From contig NZ_JADQBY010000003.1 in assembly GCF_016278385.1 (NCBI RefSeq), forward strand, positions 641 to 64,640: a DNA stretch of 64,000 nt, read 5' to 3'. This document shows positions 20,248 through 27,836 of the stretch, one piece after another. Within the stretch, counting starts at the first letter, position 1. Every line of letters starts with the position of its first letter. Both the position numbers and the translations under genes were made by a program. Origin of the DNA: Methanolobus sp. Lineage in GTDB: Archaea > Halobacteriota > Methanosarcinia > Methanosarcinales > Methanosarcinaceae. The notes under the pieces are model-generated. The model saw only the letters and a list, made by a program, of their open reading frames with translations, was not told where the DNA came from and ran no database searches.

Positions 20248-21612
20248 TCAGACCTGAGATATTGATGCCTTGAGTTTGGTAACTTCCCTTTTCATTAAGA
20301 TCACCGCTACGACAAACCCCAAAAAATCAGATATCGGGAACGATACCCATATACCTGTCAGGTCCATGAACAATGGAAGTATAAATACAAGGGGTGGCAA
20401 AAAGAAGATCTGCCTTGAGAGTGTGATCATCAGTGATTCTTTAGACTTGCCAAGAGACTGAAGTAGGGCCATTGCCACGACCTGAGTTCCTATGAACGGC
20501 ATCATCAGGAAACTTATCTTTATTGCCGGCACCCCCATCTCTATAAGTCCGGAATCACTGCTGAAAACACGGAATATCTGTTCAAGGATGAGGAAAACAC
20601 TAATTACACTCAGTGTACACATGCCAAATACAATATAATTTGAAATGGAGACGGTTTCCCAGACCCTCCCAAAATTGCCGGCACCGTAGTTAAAACCAAT
20701 AATCGGCTGGATCCCATGCTTGATACCTATTATAGGCATAAGAGTGAGCATGAAGACCTTGATGATTATTCCGAATACAGCGATTGCCATATCCCCTCCA
20801 TATATCAGGAGGCTCTGATTCAGCAGAATGAAGACCAGACTTTCAACTGAATTGAAAATGAACTCTGACATCCCTATACTTATGGTCTCCCAGGAAAGAG
20901 CAATATCAGGCACCATATATGCAAGCTTCAATGGGATTATGCTGATGTTGCTTGTATAATAGTGAACTACCAATACACAGCCAACTATCTGGGATATGAC
21001 CGTTGCAACAGCTGCCCCCATTATTCCCATGTTGAACTCAAAGATGAAGAGCGGGTCAAGTATGATGTTCACAACACTTGAGATCAACATGACGGACATT
21101 GCAAACTTTGCATGTCCTTCTGCTCTTATGGTATTGCTCAATGCTGCGGAGAATGCAAAGAATATGGTTCCCATGAGTATGTACTTCGTATACTCCCTTG
21201 CAAAAGGAAGTATGCTCTGCGATGCTCCGAATACTTTCAGCACAGGGTCAATGAATGCCAGTCCCAGAATAGTGAAGATCACACTGGATATGATGACCAG
21301 CATAACCATATTCCCCAGGGTCCTTTCAGCCTTTTTGTGATCACCCATGCCAAGAGCTCTTGAGATGAGTGATGCTCCTCCAATACCCAGCCCCATGGAA
21401 ATGCCCATCATGAGCATCTGTACAGGGAATGCAACAGAGATCCCGGCAATTCCAAAGGCACTATCTGCCCCCAGTCCCCTGCCCACAAAGATGGTATCCA
21501 CAAGATTGTAGAATGCCTGAACGAGCAACCCTACGATTGCAGGAGTTGACATCCTGTAGATGAGCTTTTTTATGTTCTCATTGGCAAGTATGTCATATCT
21601 TTCGTTTTTCAT
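20248..21612 (-). CDS. MATE efflux transporter (MepA-like)
   Basis: YNLVDTIFVG, NIILDPLFIF and QPIIGFNYGA motifs; about 12 TM. Confidence 0.92.
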   Translation of the reverse strand: MKNERYDILANENIKKLIYRMSTPAIVGLLVQAFYNLVDTIFVGRGLGADSAFGIAGISVAFPVQMLMMGISMGLGIGGASLISRALGMGDHKKAERTLGNMVMLVIISSVIFTILGLAFIDPVLKVFGASQSILPFAREYTKYILMGTIFFAFSAALSNTIRAEGHAKFAMSVMLISSVVNIILDPLFIFEFNMGIMGAAVATVISQIVGCVLVVHYYTSNISIIPLKLAYMVPDIALSWETISIGMSEFIFNSVESLVFILLNQSLLIYGGDMAIAVFGIIIKVFMLTLMPIIGIKHGIQPIIGFNYGAGNFGRVWETVSISNYIVFGMCTLSVISVFLILEQIFRVFSSDSGLIEMGVPAIKISFLMMPFIGTQVVAMALLQSLGKSKESLMITLSRQIFFLPPLVFILPLFMDLTGIWVSFPISDFLGFVVAVILMKREVTKLKASISQV

Positions 21613-21792
21613 ACAATGGACCCCGGATGATTAGGGACTGTTGAGACTCATAATACAAATCTTTTCCATATAAGTACCTGTCATTCAGAGCCTGCTGGCT
21701 CGACCGGATTGTAAGCCACATTGACTTATTTTTTGGTTATCCCTTAATTGCAAAAAATCAAAAAAATAAGATTCTGTATAGAAGCATGATAA

Positions 21793-21921
21793 TCATTGAA
21801 CAAAATACCATATCATTCCAATCAAAACTCCTATTAGTATCCATACTTTAAACATACTAAAACCACAGGAACCACCACGACAGCATGAATTATGTTGTGC
21901 ATCAGCTTTTTCTTTTGACAT
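21793..21921 (-). CDS. 42-aa Cys-rich single-TM peptide (not in ORF track)
   Basis: MSKEKADAQHNSCCRGGSCGFSMFKVWILIGVLIGMIWYFVQ; GAGGATGTGA RBS-like sequence upstream. Confidence 0.55.
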   Translation of the reverse strand: MSKEKADAQHNSCCRGGSCGFSMFKVWILIGVLIGMIWYFVQ

Positions 21922-22048
21922 TGAATATCACATCCTCAGGATCATTGAATTATCTGTTAATATGTTTGATACCGCCTTTTTATCTATGGAAGTAAAAAAC
22001 TAATCGATATTGTAATTTAATGGATGTTGAATGAATAAAAAGAAGTAA

Positions 22049-22063
22049 AGTACATCAGCCGGG
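22049..22063 (+). repeat. Left att core (duplicated tRNA-Gly 3' end)
   Basis: AGTACATCAGCCGGG identical to 34148-34162. Confidence 0.92.
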
Positions 22064-22088
22064 TGTATATAACGAAAGTTTATACACC
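22062..22088. promoter_or_regulatory. Inverted repeat GGTGTATA...TATACACC overlapping att and the integrase TATA box
   Basis: GGTGTATA-T-AAC-GAAA-GTT-TATACACC; a third GGTGTATA copy lies at 34129-34136. Confidence 0.65.
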
Positions 22089-22110
22089 TAAACCACATAT
22101 TAAAGAATAT

Positions 22111-23310
22111 ATGACTCGCAATGTGGACGATGTACACGCTTTTGATACTGGTTTTTTAAAAGCAATGGAAAGGTTGGACGAACTCGATACCTCCGAAGAA
22201 AACAAGGCCATTGTTAAGAAGTTCATCAAAAGCTGCAGGCTGGACGGCCTGGCAAAAAGTACCCTTACCCACTACACCAACCAGTTGAAGAGAATGATTC
22301 AAAGGCTCCCGGAAAGTGGTTTTGAAGGCACAATTGACAAACTCGATGAAGATGCTTTCTACGACTTCATCATATACCTGGAAGATAAGGCGCAACTGTC
22401 ACACAATGAGATCCGGAATTACAAGAAGGTCGTGAGGAAGCTCTACAGACACATATATGGCGACAATGTGCCCAGGTGGGTAGAGAAGATCAAATTAGGG
22501 ACCGTAGAAACACATGTGCAGCCTCAGGACCTGCCTGAAAAGGATATGATAGACAAGATGATCAAGGTCTGCACGAATGCCCGAAATAGGGCCCTTGTGG
22601 CAACCTTCTATGACGGTGGGTTCCGTCCTGGGGCACTAATCTCCTGCAGGGTTGGAAATGTCGAGTCAAATGATTACGGATCAATCGTATATCTCTCAAA
22701 AACATCGAGATCAAAGAAAACCACACCGGCAAAGGGAATACCTCTCACATGGTCTTCAGGTTACCTGCAGCAATGGTTAGCCGTGCATCCTCTCCGGGAC
22801 GACCCCGAAGCGCCTCTGTGGGTTACTCTTGACAAGAACCATACTGCAATGAGTTACAAGACGTTCCGCGTAACCATACAGAAGATAGCAAAGGACGCAG
22901 GTATCAAGGACTTCTATCCTTACCTGTTGCGGCACAAGGCAATAACCGATTGGATCCTGCAGGGGTTCAATGAACAGACAATTAACCACCGTGCAGGATG
23001 GTCAAAGGGCAGCACACAGATGTATAAGGTCTATGGCAATTTTACGGACCAGGAAATGAATGATGTGGTCTATGAGAAGTATGGCCTTAAGAAGGATGAT
23101 AAGAAGCAGGTAACATTGAGCAATTGCCCACGTTGTCACAACATTCTCCGGCCCGAGGATAAGTTCTGCTCACAGTGTTCCCTTGTCTTGGACCACCAAG
23201 CACTCGATGAGATCGGCAAATATGAGGCCAGGATTCCGGAGATCTTGCAGTTGGTGATGAGGTCGGAAGAGGCAAGAAAACTGCTAGCTAAGATGGGTGA
23301 AAAAGAGTAA
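22111..23310 (+). CDS. Tyrosine recombinase/integrase with C-terminal Zn ribbon
   Basis: RNRALVATFYDGGFR (catalytic R), PYLLRH, HRAGW...KVY (Tyr); CPRC...CSQC. Confidence 0.92.
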   Translation: MTRNVDDVHAFDTGFLKAMERLDELDTSEENKAIVKKFIKSCRLDGLAKSTLTHYTNQLKRMIQRLPESGFEGTIDKLDEDAFYDFIIYLEDKAQLSHNEIRNYKKVVRKLYRHIYGDNVPRWVEKIKLGTVETHVQPQDLPEKDMIDKMIKVCTNARNRALVATFYDGGFRPGALISCRVGNVESNDYGSIVYLSKTSRSKKTTPAKGIPLTWSSGYLQQWLAVHPLRDDPEAPLWVTLDKNHTAMSYKTFRVTIQKIAKDAGIKDFYPYLLRHKAITDWILQGFNEQTINHRAGWSKGSTQMYKVYGNFTDQEMNDVVYEKYGLKKDDKKQVTLSNCPRCHNILRPEDKFCSQCSLVLDHQALDEIGKYEARIPEILQLVMRSEEARKLLAKMGEKE

Positions 23311-23329
23311 AGTAAAAATGATGCAGGCA

Positions 23330-23710
23330 TCAGGCAACTACAGCTAAAGATTCAGACCCTACCGGCAAGTTCATGGAGTTGAGTGCAGAGGCCTGTATAA
23401 CATGTGGAGTGGGGGCATTCCTTTTCAAGACACTAAAAACTAGTTCCACTCTAATCATCTTTTTAGAAATTTTAACATTCATATTTAGTGCTTTATAGTT
23501 TTTAACATCATATTTACTGATGCCGAATTTATCAGATACTTCGAGAATTTCCACACCCATTATAGAATTCTCTTCAGAGATATCTATGACAATCCCATCT
23601 AAGTCGATAGATGATTTATACTTCATCCCTTTAGAATACGCAAAGAAGCTATCATTTTGCATATCATAGTCAGCAGCATCTCCTTTTATTTTAATTCTGG
23701 TCTTGCCCAT
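23330..23710 (-). CDS. DUF2283-like putative antitoxin
   Basis: DYDMQNDSFF...IVIDISEENSIMGVEILEVS motif; overlaps the toxin-like gene. Confidence 0.75.
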   Translation of the reverse strand: MGKTRIKIKGDAADYDMQNDSFFAYSKGMKYKSSIDLDGIVIDISEENSIMGVEILEVSDKFGISKYDVKNYKALNMNVKISKKMIRVELVFSVLKRNAPTPHVIQASALNSMNLPVGSESLAVVA

Positions 23711-24026
23711 CTGCTCTCACCCTCTTTCTTGATGCTTCTTTAAAACATGTTACCAACGAGAATTCTATAGGATTAACTTTTTTTATGCCAATGATTATGG
23801 TAAGGTCGTAGTCTTCATTATAGCGATACAAGACTTTAAACTTTCCCGTGAATTGCTCTAATATTCCAACTGGAGTACAATCGAATATTTTGGTGTATAC
23901 TTCTTTAATAAAATCTTCACCAAATCGGACTTTCATCCTCTCACGAAAGTGTTGTGTTTCATAGATATTATCTACCTTGATAGTAGATAGATATTGTCCA
24001 AAGGTGTAGATATCCATTTTTTCCAT
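23691..24026 (-). CDS. DUF4258/RelE-like putative RNase toxin
   Basis: TQHFRERMKVR motif and C-terminal LVTCF; paired with DUF2283. Confidence 0.6.
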   Translation of the reverse strand: MEKMDIYTFGQYLSTIKVDNIYETQHFRERMKVRFGEDFIKEVYTKIFDCTPVGILEQFTGKFKVLYRYNEDYDLTIIIGIKKVNPIEFSLVTCFKEASRKRVRADGQDQN

Positions 24027-24284
24027 ATAGTAACACCACAATACTCTCAGCGATTAGAAACATCTAAATCCGCCATACTATAAAAATTTAGTAGAATAAG
24101 TTAAAGACCTCAAAGAATATCTGTGGGGAAGGCGGTAGAGATGTGTGATTCGTGGGGTTGGTTGGGGGTGGATAAAAAAGGAATCACACACCTATATTTT
24201 ATTAATAATATTAAAATATAAAAATGTAGGTATTTTTACGGACCATAGAAGCTCTTTTATGGGAATTAAATCAAACGGGAGTGG

Positions 24285-25040
24285 TTATTTATCTAATTCA
24301 GCATCATCAAAGAAGACCACATATCTGCATCGACACCATCCGGATGGACCATCTCTTGTCTTGGTGGTGCAATCTGGATTAGGGATGGGCATTGTCTCGA
24401 GGGCCTCGTCAATCGTTAATACCTTACCATTGTTCTTGGCACATGCTTCACATGGACCAGGGGAGGAGATCTTGACCATTTCGACCCCCTCTTTGCGATA
24501 TTTAACCAATCGCATCTTTTCCGATTCTTGCTTTAGTCGAATGAAGTCTCTTCCTTCCCGGTACAATATTAATGACATTATCCATAACGTGTTTCTAATA
24601 GTGTCGATATCCTTTTTCTCGATGGCATTGTCATTTAGATTCTTGACCATCGTCCAAAGAACATCGACTGGCCCTGTCTTCTCTCCGTGCTCCTCTTTCA
24701 GATGTTTCCGCGTATTAACGTAATCATCTTGTGTGATGTTATAATATTCCAATCCTTTCAGTTGCTCGGCGACGAAGGCCACATCATCGGCTTCTTCTTC
24801 GGTCATTAACACCTTTTCTTCACCGATCATTGGCTTTCTAACGCGAATATAATTACTACAGTGGGGACACTTTTTCTTACCCTTTGGCATCTGTTCAAGT
24901 TCTGTATTACAGTAAGGACAGATAGGTGAGGGGCTTTCTTGGTCACCCGTGTGTTCGGGCAATTCGTCTTTAATGATCTCGGCTATTACCTGGCTACTCT
25001 CTTTTGAAGAAGGCCGTTTCAAGAAGTCAAACATCCCCAT
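24285..25040 (-). CDS. Zn-binding hypothetical protein with a C-terminal MuF-like Cys motif
   Basis: MGMFDFLKR N-terminus; CPYC...CPHC; CEAC...PIPNPDC...WCRC. Confidence 0.6.
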   Translation of the reverse strand: MGMFDFLKRPSSKESSQVIAEIIKDELPEHTGDQESPSPICPYCNTELEQMPKGKKKCPHCSNYIRVRKPMIGEEKVLMTEEEADDVAFVAEQLKGLEYYNITQDDYVNTRKHLKEEHGEKTGPVDVLWTMVKNLNDNAIEKKDIDTIRNTLWIMSLILYREGRDFIRLKQESEKMRLVKYRKEGVEMVKISSPGPCEACAKNNGKVLTIDEALETMPIPNPDCTTKTRDGPSGWCRCRYVVFFDDAELDK

Positions 25041-25171
25041 ATTTTAACGTCAAATCTAATTAGATTTCAACTTTGTTATTTGTTGCTGGGAAAAGGAAAT
25101 TGTTCAATGGTGTCCTGGAAAATCCACAAGGCCACAATGGCCCGAACCGGATACCATTGTAACCACAGCTC

Positions 25172-25501
25172 CTACTTCTTTTCGGATTGGCTAGTTGTTT
25201 CTTTTTGGCGTGCTTCCCACGAGTTGTTAATAATGTACGCCAGCGCGTCGTTTACCGTTTTGAGATTGAGCTGTTGCATAATGTATTCCATTTTTTTAAA
25301 TGCTTGATCAGTCAGGAAGATTGGTTCTTTCCTTCCGTCTCCATAGTTCAGCATGACTATATTTTCTATTCCGAAATTAGATAGCTGTTTGACACAGAAT
25401 TCTAAAGCGTGGCTGCGGCTTGAAAATATTTTTTCATCGACCATCCTGTCAAGCCATTTGACAAGATCATCGTCCATAGATACACTGAATCGTTCTTTCA
25501 T
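25172..25501 (-). CDS. RHH (CopG/Arc/MetJ) regulator, putative element repressor
   Basis: RFSVSMDDDLVKWLDRMV...FSSRSHALEFCV. Confidence 0.85.
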   Translation of the reverse strand: MKERFSVSMDDDLVKWLDRMVDEKIFSSRSHALEFCVKQLSNFGIENIVMLNYGDGRKEPIFLTDQAFKKMEYIMQQLNLKTVNDALAYIINNSWEARQKETTSQSEKK

Positions 25502-25510
25502 GAAGTGAAT

Positions 25511-25611
25511 ACAATTCGACCAATGATAAACAATTCGATGATAATTTCACCAAACGTAATACTTAAATATAATGCCTGCTTAGATTGGTATGATGATTAC
25601 ACCAAATGTAA
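25511..25611. promoter_or_regulatory. Divergent promoter/operator region
   Basis: ACAATTCGA twice (25511, 25530); CACCAAA(C/T)GTAA twice (25548, 25600); TATA-like TTAAATA at about 25563. Confidence 0.55.
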
Positions 25612-25745
25612 CACACCGAATGACAGTTTCGCTCACAGAGGATGTACACGACGCCTTGAAAAGGGTAATCGATGCGCGAGAATGTGATAATTATTCACAG
25701 GCGATACGCAAAGCTGTGAGGGTAGCGTTTATAGAAAAGAAGTAA
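25590..25745 (+). CDS. 51-aa RHH protein in a Cro-like position (not in ORF track)
   Basis: MMITPNVTHRMTVSLTEDVHDALKRVIDARECDNYSQAIRKAVRVAFIEKK. Confidence 0.75.
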   Translation: MMITPNVTHRMTVSLTEDVHDALKRVIDARECDNYSQAIRKAVRVAFIEKK

Positions 25746-25865
25746 TGCATTAAGGGACCCCAGGACCAAGGCCCCAGAGATCCACGTAATGACTCGCAAT
25801 CAATTATTGTGTTTCTCTGGCTTTAAAGGTTCTGGTCTCGGGTGTCCCTCCGGAGATCAGAGAAC

Positions 25866-25988
25866 ATGAGAAACCAATGGATATGTATGGATTGTGGAAA
25901 GATGGTATTCTTCCCAAGTGTAGACCCGGAAACAAGGCTTGTCGTGTGCACCTTCTGCAGACAACCAGCTCTTGAGGAGATCCCCTAG
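25866..25988 (+). CDS. 40-aa zinc-finger microprotein
   Basis: MRNQWICMDCGKMVFFPSVDPETRLVVCTFCRQPALEEIP (CxxC...CxxC). Confidence 0.6.
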   Translation: MRNQWICMDCGKMVFFPSVDPETRLVVCTFCRQPALEEIP

Positions 25989-26017
25989 GAACAGATCAGA
26001 GCTCAGGCGGTGATGGC

Positions 26018-26194
26018 GTGAAGATGATTCTTGTGCCGTCCTGCAGGCGGTGTTTCTATCTTTCTAGCAATGATAGGGGAGAGTATTGTGATAATGAGGA
26101 TATCCAAGGAAGTCCCTTCATATCGAAAGATGATTATCTCAAATGCGGGATTCTCCCAAACTGTCCATTGAAAAACGCTCCGGAGGAAATCTAA
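26018..26194 (+). CDS. 58-aa Cys-rich microprotein
   Basis: GGTGA RBS; CRRC...YC...PNCPL; stop abuts the next start. Confidence 0.6.
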   Translation: MKMILVPSCRRCFYLSSNDRGEYCDNEDIQGSPFISKDDYLKCGILPNCPLKNAPEEI

Positions 26195-26491
26195 GTGTAC
26201 ACCTGCATTAAGGATCCTGAAACCGGCAAGAGACTCTACGCGGATATTGTTGTGGGAGCACCCGCTGTAGAAAAATTTAGGTTGGAATATGCAGTCGCCC
26301 GGGATGTCGCTACTGAGGACCAATTCGTGGAGGATATCATCCGAGAGCTCCGAGGCGTCAAAATCAGGGACCGCGCTCTGCTCTCTGCCATACTCAAAGA
26401 TGCCTTCGGGGTATCGGCAGATGAGTGCCTTGAGCTCGTCCAGGCAGTTGAGGAAAGAATGATGGGAAGAATGCCAGGGGTGGGGATATGA
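26195..26491 (+). CDS. Hypothetical protein
   Basis: GGAGG RBS; ATGA overlap with the next gene. Confidence 0.6.
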   Translation: MYTCIKDPETGKRLYADIVVGAPAVEKFRLEYAVARDVATEDQFVEDIIRELRGVKIRDRALLSAILKDAFGVSADECLELVQAVEERMMGRMPGVGI

Positions 26492-26814
26492 CCCCTCGTC
26501 CACGTGCCCACTGTCCGGAATGTGATTCACTGACAATCAATCACGTGGTAAAGGAAGAGAAGTGGAAGTGTCACCAATGCGGATGGGCTGGCTCTGAGCC
26601 GGTGATGAGGTTGCAGGAGTCCTGGGAGATCTCCCGGGGTGAAAGCCACCACTGGCTTAAGCAACTCTATGATCTTCACAGAGAACATCCTGAGTATACC
26701 AGGAAGGACCTCCGGAAGTATGGCATGGTCGGTCAGGGTACAGTTGATCGATACTGGAACAGGTTCGTGGCCGGCAAGGTCCACGTGATAAGGCCATGGG
26801 GTGATGTGATATGA
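26488..26814 (+). CDS. Zn-ribbon + HTH-like protein
   Basis: CPECDS...WKCHQCG; HPEYTRKDLRKYGMVGQGTVDRYW. Confidence 0.65.
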   Translation: MTPRPRAHCPECDSLTINHVVKEEKWKCHQCGWAGSEPVMRLQESWEISRGESHHWLKQLYDLHREHPEYTRKDLRKYGMVGQGTVDRYWNRFVAGKVHVIRPWGDVI

Positions 26815-26897
26815 AGATGAAGCAAAGATGCCCTGTGTGCGGGAGGATCCTTCCGCATAACCTGCAGTGTCGCAGTTGTGGGAGGAGGAGAACGTGA
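26811..26897 (+). CDS. 28-aa zinc-finger microprotein
   Basis: GGGGTGA RBS and ATGA overlap; CPVCG...CRSCG. Confidence 0.5.
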   Translation: MKMKQRCPVCGRILPHNLQCRSCGRRRT

Positions 26898-27145
26898 ACA
26901 TGCCAGGCGCCTGTATCCATGGGACGGGGGTCCTTATGAACTCAGATACGACGAATACGCAGGAGTGTTCACAGAGGATGAGCTGCAGGTCATTACAGTA
27001 GACTATTCAAAAAGAAGGAGGTAGCTAACCAGAGACCGATTATTTATAAATCATGAGCTCGACAATAGAATTGTGAAGAAAAATTCAACTTTTCTTTATA
27101 TACTAGTAGTGAAAAAGTGAACATTACCAGATAAGGAGGCAGTAA

Positions 27146-27277
27146 ATGGCAGCCAAAGGATGGACGAGTATCCTTGTCAAAGAATCCACCAGAGATAAGA
27201 TCAAGCGAGAAGCCGATGTCGCGGGGATGAAGATGTATGCTCTGATAGATCAGAGATTCCCGGAGAAAACCAATTGA
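27146..27277 (+). CDS. 43-aa RHH/CopG-like protein (not in ORF track)
   Basis: AGGAGG RBS; WTSILVKESTRDKIKREADVAGMKMYALID; TTTATATA box flanked by an IR (27084-27121). Confidence 0.7.
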   Translation: MAAKGWTSILVKESTRDKIKREADVAGMKMYALIDQRFPEKTN

Positions 27278-27629
27278 TAACAGAAGCGGGCATTTCATTA
27301 CCAATTCTGATAGCAGAAACAGTATTAAACTAAAGGAATTATATTAACAAAACGATAAGAAGGAAGCCACAGGTGTGCGCTAACACGCCTGCAGCTCGAA
27401 ACATGATTATACTCCAAGTATAACCCACATTTCAGACCATGTGGTATTACGCGGTAGGATATTATAATACTTTTTGTATGAACATTTGTTCTAACAAAAG
27501 GTATGCTGTTTTGAGCTTGTGGCCTTCCGGGAAGCGCCGCATGAATTTACCCGAAAACAGAAACACAATAGAAGTTGGGGGCAGTGCCCCCCTGAATTGC
27601 TATATGACCACCTGCACCACTAGGAGGCC

Positions 27630-27836
27630 ATGTTATACATGAACTCCATGGGTTATATTCAAAGCGGTGGTTCAAGCTCTGACGCTGATCTTCAGAGCCT
27701 GCGTGAGCATCCCACTATAAGGGATTTTGCCTCGATGCCGGAGGATATTTACCGTTTAGTGACGGCGACTAATCCGACGTTGAAGCTTTTTGTGGACCTG
27801 GCCAAGGAGATCTGCGCGGGGGGTGTTGAAGAATAA
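27630..27836 (+). CDS. Hypothetical protein directly upstream of the replicase
   Basis: AGGAGG RBS; stop overlaps the putative replicase start. Confidence 0.55.
   Translation: MLYMNSMGYIQSGGSSSDADLQSLREHPTIRDFASMPEDIYRLVTATNPTLKLFVDLAKEICAGGVEE

Noticed and set aside
22063..22110. SSV1-type split integrase, suggested by the in-frame GTG overlapping att
   Set aside because: In the reconstructed attP the integrase frame has a TAG at the left edge of the core, so there is no N-terminal fragment at the other end. ATG 22111 has a well-placed TATA box.
24145..24723. 192-aa plus-strand ORF
   Set aside because: Shadow of the minus-strand Zn protein; no motifs
26878..27024. Further small ORF (…EHARRLYPWDGGPYELRY…), possibly a frameshifted extension of the 28-aa Zn finger
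   Set aside because: No clear start or RBS; cannot choose between frames without homologs
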